DNA of 64,000 nucleotides from a virus. Where the stretch lies: IMG/VR virus record IMGVR_UViG_3300045988_120248, positions 32,001 to 96,000 of that record, one strand, 5' to 3'. Every line of letters begins with the position of its first letter. Position 1 is the first letter of the stretch. Of the stretch, positions 8,611-17,537 are shown piece after piece. The notes under the pieces are model-generated. The model searched no databases and was not told the origin of the DNA. It saw only the letters and a list, made by a program, of their open reading frames with translations. A program made the translations under genes and the position numbers.

Positions 8611-9561
8611 CCCCATATGATACGCAGACAAATCGTGTATACGGCGCGGACGGAATCTGGCCTACGCTTCCAGCGCAGGAAAATAGCGGTCAGAACCGAC
8701 AAAGCGTTTTCTGTGTACCTATCAACGACAAGGCAACTCGATTCTCTGGTGGTGGGGACACCAGAAAAGACGATGGTGCGGGAAACGGACTTGGAGTGGG
8801 CCACGACGGAGACCCTTCACCGACGATCACGGCTGCGGACCGCCATGGCGTGTATTGCGCGGGATTCAAGCTTGGCAATAGCGAACAGGCACGGAGCATC
8901 GGCTACCAGGAGGAACAGTCACCGACGCTCAATGCAGAATGCGGAGGAAATAAACCGGCAATTCTGGACATGAGCCATGCGAACGACGTGATTCGGGAAT
9001 GCGGCGAAATTGTGCCGACACTGCAAAGCAGGATGGGAACCGGCGGAAATCAAGTGCCGCTGACATTCCAGCAAAACGGATTTGGAGACTACAAACAAGC
9101 TGAGACAGCTAGTTCTTGCAAACAGCGAGATTATAAAGACAGCACAGACTTGTGTACCCAATATGGCATAGTCCGCCGGCTGACCCCGATGGAATGCGAG
9201 AGACTTCAAAATTTCCCCGACGGCTGGACAGATATCGGTGGATGGACAGATGAAAAGGGGAAACTCCACAAGGAATCATCAGACAGCGCGCGGTATCGAG
9301 CACTCGGAAACTCTATCGCGCTGCCGCCTTGGAAATGGGTTCTGAAACGACTTTGCGTACAGTATGAACGTGATGCAACGTTAGGAAGCTTATTCGACGG
9401 CTTGGGCGGATTCCCTTTGATTTGGATGCAGCTCAACGGATGGAACAGTGTCAAATGGGCAAGCGAAATTGAGCCGTTTTGCATTGCGGTCACGAAACGG
9501 CATTTCGGGGATGAAAACAATCCCGGTGATGCTTGGAAATACCTGATTGGAGCACAGAAAG

Positions 9562-9804
9562 ATGGCTATATACATCCATGCTGATAATCTCGCAAAATAC
9601 ATTGATGCAAGACTTGAACACTTCAAAAGCCAACCGCAGGTTTGCTCTGCATTGATGGATATTCAAATGCGGTTCGTAGTGTTTCCAGACCGTTTCGGAT
9701 ATATCACAATGGGCGATTGCGACGGATGCCGGTGGAATGGCCGGCACCAGAAATGTTCGTGCTGCCGACGGAATCCAGGCATAAAAGATTGCTATGAGCT
9801 ATGA
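9562..9804 (+). CDS. Hypothetical Cys-rich protein
   Basis: ORF track (MAIYIHADNL...). C-terminal CDGCRWNGRHQKCSCC cluster. Confidence 0.4.
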   Translation: MAIYIHADNLAKYIDARLEHFKSQPQVCSALMDIQMRFVVFPDRFGYITMGDCDGCRWNGRHQKCSCCRRNPGIKDCYEL

Positions 9805-9813
9805 GGTGAAAGA

Positions 9814-10155
9814 ATGAGAACGGACGATATTATCCGTGGACTACGTTGCTGCTATGACACCACAGGGGAACTTGATTGCGAATCAATGTGTCCGTTCGTG
9901 AATACGGAGGATTGCAGAATCAAACTGCATGAAGCTGCCGCAGAACGACTTGAGTTCCTTGCATCAGAAGTAAAACGATTGGAAACTCTTGTACAGCCAA
10001 TAGGCAAAAACCCGTGCGACGGATGCAACCATGGATGGGGGTCAGTGGTAGGATACAAAAACGGGAAAGTGGAGTCAAAGAGCTGTATGGAAGAATGCCA
10101 GCTGCTGAAAGAGTATCTGGAGAAACAGAAGGAGGGACAGCCATGCTGCCCATGA
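9814..10155 (+). CDS. Hypothetical Cys-rich protein
   Basis: ORF track. Multiple CxxC-like pairs and a central coiled-coil segment. Confidence 0.45.
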   Translation: MRTDDIIRGLRCCYDTTGELDCESMCPFVNTEDCRIKLHEAAAERLEFLASEVKRLETLVQPIGKNPCDGCNHGWGSVVGYKNGKVESKSCMEECQLLKEYLEKQKEGQPCCP

Positions 10156-10445
10156 TGGAAGCAGGGTGCTATAACTGCCCGGTAAAAAACTGCACTGCGG
10201 CATATCGCGGGAGCGAGTGTGCCGCGAACCGTGCAAAGGCAGGAATCGATACCGACCCGCTAACCAATGGCGAATACATCAGGCAAGCAGATGACATTCA
10301 GCTTGCGGACATTCTGTACCAAGCTGTTTCTGGGATAGTAGCAGAGATGCTTCGCCGTCTCGGAATAACCGATTGGGAATGCCCGGACATCCGAGATAAA
10401 TACGTCGAGTGGCTGCGAAGCCCATGTGAAAAGGAGGCCAAATGA
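10143..10445 (+). CDS. Hypothetical protein
   Basis: Internal ATG of ORF 10014..10445 that overlaps the end of the previous gene. Confidence 0.4.
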   Translation: MLPMMEAGCYNCPVKNCTAAYRGSECAANRAKAGIDTDPLTNGEYIRQADDIQLADILYQAVSGIVAEMLRRLGITDWECPDIRDKYVEWLRSPCEKEAK

Positions 10446-10702
10446 AAACACTGAACGGCGGACAAACGCTCACAATCCCGTGTAAAATCGGAGACTACTG
10501 TCTGTATGACGCGGGACTATGTATCAAAAATCTTCGGGTCAAAGGTTTCTACTACGGATACCCAGATGGACTGCGTATAGACCTTGGAGACATTCAGCCG
10601 GTCGCATGGGACCGCTCAATCGTCGGCTATGTTGCAGCTGAAGACGATATTATGCAGAGCGAGGAAGCAATCAGAATGAGAAAGCAGGTTATGTATCCAT
10701 GA
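10442..10702 (+). CDS. Hypothetical protein
   Basis: ORF track. ATGA-type overlap at both ends. Confidence 0.45.
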   Translation: MKTLNGGQTLTIPCKIGDYCLYDAGLCIKNLRVKGFYYGYPDGLRIDLGDIQPVAWDRSIVGYVAAEDDIMQSEEAIRMRKQVMYP

Positions 10703-11313
10703 AGACTGAAATCACAAAAATCAAAGGTGACTGGATGGAGGTCGCTTCCGATTGCCGGTCAACGGTCGGAAAGCAACCACTCGACCATGAGCCGAGCACG
10801 GAATTTAAGAAGAAAATCCTCATTGCAGAGCACAGCCCGATTCGGGACATTTCCGTAAAGTGGACGTGGCACGGAATTAAAAGCTGGGTCGCAACGCATT
10901 GGAGCCGGCACAAATTCGAGAAGTACATCAAATCTCAGCGCTCAGACAGAACCGGCATAACGCGCGATAAACTGCCGCAGGACGCGCCTGTTGACTTCAC
11001 GGGCGATGCAAATGTTCAGGCACTAATCGATACCATGCGGAAACGCTTGTGCCGCCAGTCCTCAACAGAGACGCGACAGTATGCTGAAGACTTCAAGGCG
11101 GCGCTCCATGAGGTTGAACCGGAGATCGCAGATGTTCTGGTCCCACAATGCGTCTATCGTGCGGGCTGCGCAGAAATGAAACCGTGCGGAGACGGAAAAT
11201 GCTTTTTCGATGTCCTGATTGACCAGACAGCCGGTGCGGTTGCCACGACGCACATCCAAGACCGCTACGATGCATACAACAAGTTCTTTTACGAACGGAG
11301 GAAAACCGAATGA
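10699..11313 (+). CDS. ThyX-like (flavin-dependent thymidylate synthase fold) protein with a diverged signature
   Basis: AEHSPIRDISVKWTWHGIKSWVATHWSRHKFEKYIKSQRSDR follows the ThyX pattern (EH...F.F.I.G.S......RHR.....S.S.RY), but reads RHK...SQRS. Confidence 0.35.
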   Translation: MKTEITKIKGDWMEVASDCRSTVGKQPLDHEPSTEFKKKILIAEHSPIRDISVKWTWHGIKSWVATHWSRHKFEKYIKSQRSDRTGITRDKLPQDAPVDFTGDANVQALIDTMRKRLCRQSSTETRQYAEDFKAALHEVEPEIADVLVPQCVYRAGCAEMKPCGDGKCFFDVLIDQTAGAVATTHIQDRYDAYNKFFYERRKTE

Positions 11314-11507
11314 GCATCATTATCGAAACGTGTCCGAAATGTGGCGCGGAGCTTCAAAATATCGTGATCGCCACATTCCCGCCGATTCCCAAGAAACAAT
11401 GCTCCCGCTGCGGATGGAGTTGGACGGGGAAGCCAGAGAAGATCGTATACAAACCCTTTGAACCTTCGGATAAAATGGAGGATGTGCTGGAATGCAAGCC
11501 GTACTAA
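11310..11507 (+). CDS. Small zinc-ribbon protein
   Basis: CPKCG...CSRCG in 65 aa. Confidence 0.5.
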   Translation: MSIIIETCPKCGAELQNIVIATFPPIPKKQCSRCGWSWTGKPEKIVYKPFEPSDKMEDVLECKPY

Positions 11508-12091
11508 TCAGCATCAAACCAAAATGGTGCTCGAAGATTGCCAATGGCGAAAAAACAATCGAGGTTCGCAAGAAGCGCCCAAGTCTGGAAGCGCCATTTA
11601 AGGTGTACATCTACTGCACACATGGATCTGACATGCTTTGGATAATGAATCCAGAAGACAGAAAACTGTTTCCTGAAAAACCAACAGACGTTTTTACCGC
11701 GAAGGATGCGGGCGGGCTATATCCGGGAAATGGCAAGGTCATTGGGGAGTTAACCTGCGACCGGATTTATGAACTGGAAACAAAAGCAAAAGGCGGAAGC
11801 TACTACGTCAAAGGCGAGAATCAGCCAACGACAAACGATGTGGCGCGACAGTCGTGTCTTGACCTCAAAGATATGCACGCCTATCTGCACTCGCAAAAAG
11901 GATACGGCTGGCATATTTCGGACTTCAAACTCTATGACAAGCCGCTGCCGCTCAACACCTTCAAAAAGTGGTTCCGAGAGTGTGCATATTCAGATCTCGG
12001 ACTCGCCATCCCAGAATGCGAGAAATGCACGGACTCTGGCTGCTTCGTACAGAAGCCACCACAGTCATGGTGCTTTGTGGAGGAGCTGTAA
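11492..12091 (+). CDS. ASCH (PUA-like) domain protein
   Basis: N-terminus MQAVLISIKPKWCSKIANGEKTIEVRKKRP matches the ASCH pattern. Confidence 0.6.
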   Translation: MQAVLISIKPKWCSKIANGEKTIEVRKKRPSLEAPFKVYIYCTHGSDMLWIMNPEDRKLFPEKPTDVFTAKDAGGLYPGNGKVIGELTCDRIYELETKAKGGSYYVKGENQPTTNDVARQSCLDLKDMHAYLHSQKGYGWHISDFKLYDKPLPLNTFKKWFRECAYSDLGLAIPECEKCTDSGCFVQKPPQSWCFVEEL

Positions 12092-12402
12092 TGAGCGGAT
12101 TTTGCAATGGAAAAAACGTTGCATGCGAGTATGCGACGATCTACGGAGACTGCCAAATCACGGCGTGCTGCAAGCGCCATGAACCAAAAAAAGAATTATG
12201 CAATAGTCAGCTCATACGTTGCCCAAACGGGCATATCGTCGGAGTTTGCGGCGTGGACGGGACAGTAGAAATTAAACACAAGGGCCGAACAATAGTTGTA
12301 AGCTCATCAAATGCAAACGTGCAAATAACCTGCGAACAATGCGGCAAGATGGTCACAGTCTATCTTGACTGCGGAAAAACTGATGTGGAGGAGTGTATAT
12401 GA
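12091..12402 (+). CDS. Hypothetical Cys-rich protein
   Basis: ATG at 12091 overlaps the preceding TAA. Product begins MSGFCNGKNVACEYATIYGDCQITACC... Confidence 0.4.
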   Translation: MSGFCNGKNVACEYATIYGDCQITACCKRHEPKKELCNSQLIRCPNGHIVGVCGVDGTVEIKHKGRTIVVSSSNANVQITCEQCGKMVTVYLDCGKTDVEECI

Positions 12403-12848
12403 TAATTAAATCCGGAGATTATGTAGAAAGTCTGCATGGGAATGTTGGTGTAGTAAAAACAGTTGGGAAAACAGTGCCTGTTGACGGCAAGGAGCAATTC
12501 TCCTTCGATTGGGAAATCACGCGCCCGTCCATCAGAAGCGGAGACCGTGGCTTCTTTGCTGGAAGCGAATCCGATTTGTGGCTGCACTACCGTCAAATTG
12601 GCATGTATCACAACCCGTTCCAGAAAGAGAAAATGACAAAGCAGAGAATGGAAAAGCAGAGGATTGAACCGATTGAATTCGGAAAGATTGAAAAAGCAAG
12701 AGCAACGAAGGTGACGATTTCGACAGACGGTGATGTAAAAACCGAACGCGGCGAATTTGATATACTGAAACGCACCAAATTAACGGTCACAGATCTTGCA
12801 GTCAAAATCAACGAAATCATCAACTATCTGAATGCGGAGGAATGTTAA
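12393..12848 (+). CDS. Hypothetical protein
   Basis: ORF track; packed with its neighbours. Confidence 0.45.
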   Translation: MYMIIKSGDYVESLHGNVGVVKTVGKTVPVDGKEQFSFDWEITRPSIRSGDRGFFAGSESDLWLHYRQIGMYHNPFQKEKMTKQRMEKQRIEPIEFGKIEKARATKVTISTDGDVKTERGEFDILKRTKLTVTDLAVKINEIINYLNAEEC

Positions 12849-13159
12849 TGGAGCATATTGTACAGTTTGGCATCAACATCGATGACGAGGCAATCAAGCG
12901 TACCATAATGGAAAGCGGCGTTAAGACTATCGAAGCGCAGATCAAACAGGCAATCATCAATAAAGTTTTCACAGCATACCGATACGGAAATGCGAATCCT
13001 GCCAGCGATCCGTTATCTACATGGGCGCAGAATCTCGTAGCGGACACGCTCGCAGAAAACCGAGACGCGATTATCAACCAAGCAGCGGCAATCCTTGCGG
13101 AAAAGATGGCAAAGAGCACGAAAGTCCGCGAATCGGTCATCGCAAAGGCGGCGGAATGA
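12842..13159 (+). CDS. Hypothetical protein
   Basis: ORF track. An alternative start at 12848 would overlap the upstream TAA. Confidence 0.45.
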   Translation: MLMEHIVQFGINIDDEAIKRTIMESGVKTIEAQIKQAIINKVFTAYRYGNANPASDPLSTWAQNLVADTLAENRDAIINQAAAILAEKMAKSTKVRESVIAKAAE

Positions 13160-13536
13160 GTGTCATACTTAGAGAAATCGACATTACGTCCTGCTATCCC
13201 ATGACGTATCAACTTCAAGAAGGCCACGATTCAGGCGATCTTATTGATATCGATGAAATGAAATTCATCATTACCGATGAATCAAATTCCGTGATATATC
13301 TTGAAAAGGAAAACGAATGGCGCAACAGGTTTTACCCCGGAAAGTGGATTAGAATTTTCCCACTGGTCGGAATCCTTGAACTCGAATCGGATGAACCGAT
13401 TGATGTACCGGGATTCAGAAGATTTCCTTGGGGAGAGGAAAAAAGGTGGTTGCTCCGTAATGAGCAAATGGAAAAGAAATTGGCATGGCTGATTCAAGAG
13501 GAACGGAGAATAGCGGCATTGGAGGGGGAGAAATAA
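13156..13536 (+). CDS. Hypothetical protein
   Basis: Internal ATG of ORF 13021..13536 with an ATGA overlap to the previous gene. Confidence 0.4.
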   Translation: MSVILREIDITSCYPMTYQLQEGHDSGDLIDIDEMKFIITDESNSVIYLEKENEWRNRFYPGKWIRIFPLVGILELESDEPIDVPGFRRFPWGEEKRWLLRNEQMEKKLAWLIQEERRIAALEGEK

Positions 13537-14211
13537 ATGGAAGATTTCATGTGTGCGCGTATCTTCGATAATCTGCAACTTGAACTTCATAAGGACGTGC
13601 TGCGGGCGATAATCGATCAGGATGAGTTCTACCGAGTATTGGGGAACTTCTCCGTGGAAATCATGGGCGTTGCGCCTGATACCGGCGCGTTCATCCTCAA
13701 ATTCCATGACAAGGATAAAAAGCACGCGAAAACGGTCTGCGATGGCGAAGTCGTGGAAGTGACACCAGTGGATATGCTTAACCTCGATTTGAAGAACCGG
13801 TTCCGGGATTTGAAGAATCGGATTCAGAAGGGGAACTCAAATAAGTCGGAATCCAACAATGCAAACGGAGCAACGGAGGGAAACAAACCAGTGGTAACAA
13901 TTTATGGCTATAGCGACGATACGGTCGAAATTGAAAACAGCAGCTACAACGACGGCAGCATTGATTGCTTTGACAAGGATGTACGGTTGTGGTTTAGCGA
14001 CGGAACGATTATCCGCATCGGTTACTGCAAGCCAAATCTCGGTGTCTGGTACATCGTCAGAGAACATGTCGGAACGGCAGAGCAGACGCTTTTAGTTTGC
14101 GAGGACGAAGATGCAGACCCGTACAGCGATGTCTTTTGCATCAATGCGGAAATCGAACGGCATGAACTGCTGGGAGGAAACTATGGAGAGATTAACGTTA
14201 CGGAGCGGTGA
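13537..14211 (+). CDS. Hypothetical protein
   Basis: ORF track, 224 aa. Confidence 0.45.
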   Translation: MEDFMCARIFDNLQLELHKDVLRAIIDQDEFYRVLGNFSVEIMGVAPDTGAFILKFHDKDKKHAKTVCDGEVVEVTPVDMLNLDLKNRFRDLKNRIQKGNSNKSESNNANGATEGNKPVVTIYGYSDDTVEIENSSYNDGSIDCFDKDVRLWFSDGTIIRIGYCKPNLGVWYIVREHVGTAEQTLLVCEDEDADPYSDVFCINAEIERHELLGGNYGEINVTER

Positions 14212-14749
14212 CACCAACCATGAAAACGGCGTATGCTGCACACACTTCAAAAGCAAAGAGTGTCTCGAAGTCGGTGGGAACTGTGCTTACGGCTGCAAGT
14301 GGGAAGAAGCAGCATGGGAGAAACTTGCAAGCTATGAAGATTCCATGCTGTCTCCAGAAGGCTGCAAAGCGGCGGCAGAAGCCAATACCATCTTGGAGAC
14401 CTGCGGATTATCACTGGATCACATCATCGATCTGATAAAGGCCGACAAAGCAGGCATAAGCGTCATTCTGCCGTGCAAACCGGGCGACAAACTGTTTGTT
14501 TTGACATCTGACAGTTTGACCGGCATCGAGGTAACAAGATGCACGCGCATCGTAATCTGCAACGCCGCCGATGGCCTGTATGCAAAGATCGTTGCACCAT
14601 GCGGCTATGACGATGGGAGCTACGCGCATTGGGAGTTCACAGAAGGGGACTTCGGAAGAAAAGTGTTCTTAAATCGGGAAGATGCCGAAAAGGCTTGGAG
14701 GAAAAATGAACTGCAAAATAAAGGAATGTCCTTTTATCAGAAGCGGTGA
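14183..14749 (+). CDS. Hypothetical Cys-rich protein
   Basis: GGGAGGA precedes ATG 14183. Product begins MERLTLRSGDTNHENGVCCTHFKSKEC... Confidence 0.4.
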   Translation: MERLTLRSGDTNHENGVCCTHFKSKECLEVGGNCAYGCKWEEAAWEKLASYEDSMLSPEGCKAAAEANTILETCGLSLDHIIDLIKADKAGISVILPCKPGDKLFVLTSDSLTGIEVTRCTRIVICNAADGLYAKIVAPCGYDDGSYAHWEFTEGDFGRKVFLNREDAEKAWRKNELQNKGMSFYQKR

Positions 14750-14805
14750 GTGCGATGTGCCGCCGTGCGGAACGTGCTTCCTGCCGTGCGAAGCGAGGGA
14801 AGACC

Positions 14806-15000
14806 ATGATTGACTTAAAGCCATGTCCCTTTTGCGGCGGGAAGGCCGTCATGATAAGCGAACCATACACGCACGATAGATTCCTTGTAGCCTGCAAAAA
14901 TCGCGGGGACGTGTGCAAATGCGAACCGTGTACAAACTGGTTTGATACACGGGAAGAAGCTGCGGAAGTGTGGAATAGGAGGGAAAATGAACGATCTTAA
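14806..15000 (+). CDS. Lar-family (restriction alleviation-like) zinc-ribbon protein, paralogue 1
   Basis: MIDLKPCPFCGGKAV...C..C...EEAAEVWNRRENE matches the Lar pattern of an N-terminal CPFCGG and a C-terminal WNRR. Confidence 0.6.
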   Translation: MIDLKPCPFCGGKAVMISEPYTHDRFLVACKNRGDVCKCEPCTNWFDTREEAAEVWNRRENERS

Positions 15001-15196
15001 AGGCTGCCCGTTCTGCGGTGGAAAAGTCGAGGAACGGGGTGGAACCTGCAACTATGGAAAAAAGTTCATGACGCTGGATGTAAAATGCCAGAAGTGCGAG
15101 ACAACCTTTAAGTTTAAGCACAAATGGGCGCTTAACCCATACGTCGAAACCGTTGAGGCTTGGAACCGGAGGTTCAATGATGGAACAAATTCGTAA
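14987..15196 (+). CDS. Lar-family zinc-ribbon protein, paralogue 2
   Basis: MNDLKGCPFCGGKVE...KCQKCE...VEAWNRRFN. Confidence 0.6.
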   Translation: MNDLKGCPFCGGKVEERGGTCNYGKKFMTLDVKCQKCETTFKFKHKWALNPYVETVEAWNRRFNDGTNS

Positions 15197-15386
15197 CTGC
15201 CCGTTTTGCCACAAGTGCTCTGTGGAATGGCCAGTGTATCTTGATGAGATACACCAGTTTAATGCAGACATATACCCAGAAGTGATGTATCAATGCCGCT
15301 GCACATACTGCGGGGCAAGCGGACCGATAAAAGGTACGAAGCGTGCAGCTATCAAAGCTTGGAATAGGAGGAATGAAAATGGTTGA
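15177..15386 (+). CDS. Lar-family zinc-ribbon protein, paralogue 3
   Basis: MMEQIRNCPFCHK...CTYCG...AIKAWNRRNEN. Confidence 0.55.
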   Translation: MMEQIRNCPFCHKCSVEWPVYLDEIHQFNADIYPEVMYQCRCTYCGASGPIKGTKRAAIKAWNRRNENG

Positions 15387-15603
15387 AAATCGAGTGTGTT
15401 TTACCGTCCGAGGAGAGTTCGGAGCGCAGATGAGCTTCGAGTCAAAAAACACGATCCCGTATGAAGATCTGTGCAAGTGTGTCAATAAAGACACGCTGAT
15501 AGAGATGATGTGCCTTGACGTAGCCGGCTATACCGGCAAAGATATTCAGTTCATCACGCCAGAAGAATATGACGAGCAATTTGGAGATGACGAAGATGGT
15601 TGA
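15373..15603 (+). CDS. Hypothetical acidic protein
   Basis: Internal ATG of ORF 15343..15603 overlapping the end of the previous gene. Confidence 0.4.
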   Translation: MKMVENRVCFTVRGEFGAQMSFESKNTIPYEDLCKCVNKDTLIEMMCLDVAGYTGKDIQFITPEEYDEQFGDDEDG

Positions 15604-15805
15604 TTGCTGTGCGACCTGCGCATTCCACGAATGCCAGAAGGGGTATCTTTACCCGCACCGGTGCAAAAAGCACAAAGGCGAGCGCTTTTCAGAGGTCGAA
15701 TGGAATCGTATCGTGTACAGCCTGTACAAATGCGACGAGTTCAAAAGCATTGACGCTGTCAGTGATGTGGCGGACAGAGAATGTGAACATGAACGATGCC
15801 ACTAA
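15596..15805 (+). CDS. Hypothetical Cys/His-rich protein
   Basis: MVDCCATCAFHECQKGYLYPHRCKKHKG... Confidence 0.4.
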   Translation: MVDCCATCAFHECQKGYLYPHRCKKHKGERFSEVEWNRIVYSLYKCDEFKSIDAVSDVADRECEHERCH

Positions 15806-16316
15806 AATTGTCAGGGAGGACGCAATGATGAACCTGGAATCAGTTTTCAATGAAATCAAGGCAATGTCGCAGGAACAATTCGACGATCTCATGGACAAAG
15901 TGCGTGCAATGTCCGAACCACCATATGATGAGACTGTCAATGAAGAACCTGTAGTTGCGCCGATGAATCAGGCTGATATCAGCGAGGATAGCCGGTACAG
16001 GGAGCTGAAAGTGAACCCATGCGCAAGCGGCGTCCATTTTTCTGCTGTCATGGATGACGAAGACGGTAGCATTGTCGTTTTCGGAGAAGGTGGATGGGCG
16101 ATGGGGTACATCGACTACCCGATGGGCACGGCCAACTGGATTGTCACGGACGAGTGCAAGCCGGGTGTGCAGCGATATTGGAAGACGTGCTCGAAATGTG
16201 GACAGAAAAAATGGCTCTTCAACTATATCGACGCACGGAATCTGAAACAGAGGTATCCGCTCTGCGAGTGCGGGGCGAAGATCATTGGTGTGGAAGAAAG
16301 GATTGAATTTGAATGA
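15789..16316 (+). CDS. Hypothetical protein with C-terminal zinc ribbon
   Basis: CSKCGQKKW...CECGAK at the C-terminus. The start is uncertain (15765, 15783 or 15789). Confidence 0.4.
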   Translation: MNDATKIVREDAMMNLESVFNEIKAMSQEQFDDLMDKVRAMSEPPYDETVNEEPVVAPMNQADISEDSRYRELKVNPCASGVHFSAVMDDEDGSIVVFGEGGWAMGYIDYPMGTANWIVTDECKPGVQRYWKTCSKCGQKKWLFNYIDARNLKQRYPLCECGAKIIGVEERIEFE

Positions 16317-16341
16317 CACTTGTGCGTGAAAGGAGACAACC

Positions 16342-16839
16342 ATGATAATTTATACCGGAGAACGCGGTAGCGGAAAAACCACTATGCTCATCGAGATGTC
16401 TGAAAAAACGGGTGCGACCATCGTTGTGGCTACATACCCGATGGTCAAGTATATCCAGAAGACTGCGGGTCAAATGGGTAAGAAGATTCCCGTTCCTATC
16501 ACGGTGACAAACTACATTCACCTTCTTGCAAACGGTGGTCTCAGTAAAAGTCAGAAGTATCTCGTGGACGAACTTCAGATGATACTCCATGGCATGAACA
16601 TCGAAGTTGCTACATGTGACAATGATTGTTTGAGAGCGCTGGGAAATCTGTCGAGTGCGAAATCTCAGCCAGATCGATACATCAACGCTACACAACTGAT
16701 TGCCACACTGGAAGGTGCAATCGAGAGGGCGGAACGCGAAGAACCAGCAGGGATCGAGAAGCTTTGGGCTGTAACGTCGATGAAATATGCGAAACGGCTG
16801 CTCGAAGAAGCGTCCAAAACGGAGGGTGAACGTGGATAA
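16342..16839 (+). CDS. P-loop NTPase
   Basis: Walker A GERGSGKT at residues 6-13 and a Walker B-like YLVDE. Confidence 0.6.
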   Translation: MIIYTGERGSGKTTMLIEMSEKTGATIVVATYPMVKYIQKTAGQMGKKIPVPITVTNYIHLLANGGLSKSQKYLVDELQMILHGMNIEVATCDNDCLRALGNLSSAKSQPDRYINATQLIATLEGAIERAEREEPAGIEKLWAVTSMKYAKRLLEEASKTEGERG

Positions 16840-17212
16840 ATACGTTAATGCAACGCACATCATTGAGGGAATCAACAAAGCACTTGACTCCCTACGGCGA
16901 GAAGATGGCAAGCTACCGGACACGGAAGATGTCGATGAATTGCTTCGATTCAGGAGCAAACTGGAAGCCGCGCCGGAAGCCCCAATTAGGGATTATCGTC
17001 CAGAGAACGCACCGTTTGTGACGTTCAACGGCAATCCCGTTGGACTTCTGAAAAGCATACGACCTGATATTACTGAAATTGTAATTTCAACCAGCTACTG
17101 CGGATGCGAGTTTGTAAACGGTGAACTTGCATCAGTGGAAATTCTGAAAGAACCGTTGGACAAATTGGAGGAACGATATGGTAAAGCTATCGACGATTCA
17201 AAAGCACAATAA
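16832..17212 (+). CDS. Hypothetical protein (GTG start)
   Basis: GGAGGG (16821-16826) precedes GTG 16832, which overlaps the upstream stop. Confidence 0.35.
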   Translation: MDKYVNATHIIEGINKALDSLRREDGKLPDTEDVDELLRFRSKLEAAPEAPIRDYRPENAPFVTFNGNPVGLLKSIRPDITEIVISTSYCGCEFVNGELASVEILKEPLDKLEERYGKAIDDSKAQ

Positions 17213-17537
17213 CCCGCACGCCATCCTTCGGAGTGATAACGAAGGACCCGGAGGCGGCTATCACGATTACACTGTGATGGATGTGGACAGAAAAAGTGTG
17301 ATTGCACAGATAAAATTTCAGAAAGGCGCACGAAATGACCCGAATGCGCGTCATGGCGTTTTAGATGCTGACCTTTTGGAAATCGTGCGTGATAGGCTGA
17401 CGGCCTTCAACAAGGGCGAATTTGCCACACGGGAGAACGCCTGCGCAATCACGCATATTGAAGAAGCCCTCATGTGGATGGCGAAACGCGCCGATGATCG
17501 GGCGGAACGCGGGGTGTTGGGGACGTATAACAAATGA
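17178..17537 (+). CDS. Conserved phage protein of unknown function
   Basis: The block FQKGARNDPNARHGVLDADLLEIVRDRLTAFNKGEFATRENACAITHIEEALMWMAKRADDRAERGVLGT matches a motif (FQ.G....NG...E.LL....DRL..F....F..REN) that I recall from many phages. I cannot name the family with confidence. Confidence 0.5.
   Translation: MVKLSTIQKHNNPHAILRSDNEGPGGGYHDYTVMDVDRKSVIAQIKFQKGARNDPNARHGVLDADLLEIVRDRLTAFNKGEFATRENACAITHIEEALMWMAKRADDRAERGVLGTYNK

Larger units (their letters stand above)
7992..9584 (+). pseudogene. DNA (cytosine-5) methyltransferase, broken over three frames and with motif I at the C-terminal end
   Basis: - Frame 0 from GTG 7992: VIHLGDICKINGAEIEPVDCIIGGSPC, then TAG at 8073.
- Frame 1 from 8077: QDLSIAGKRKGLAGERSGLF...RYMVWENVVGAQSS (motifs IV and VI).
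- After the G7 tract, frame 0 again: VAWRVLDSQWWGVPQRRRRIALVADF (VIII), RRLTPMECERLQNFPDGW (IX), RYRALGNSIALP (X).
- The same frame then runs on into TLGSLFDGLGGFPL...WASEIEPFCIAVTKRHF (motif I). Confidence 0.85.
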
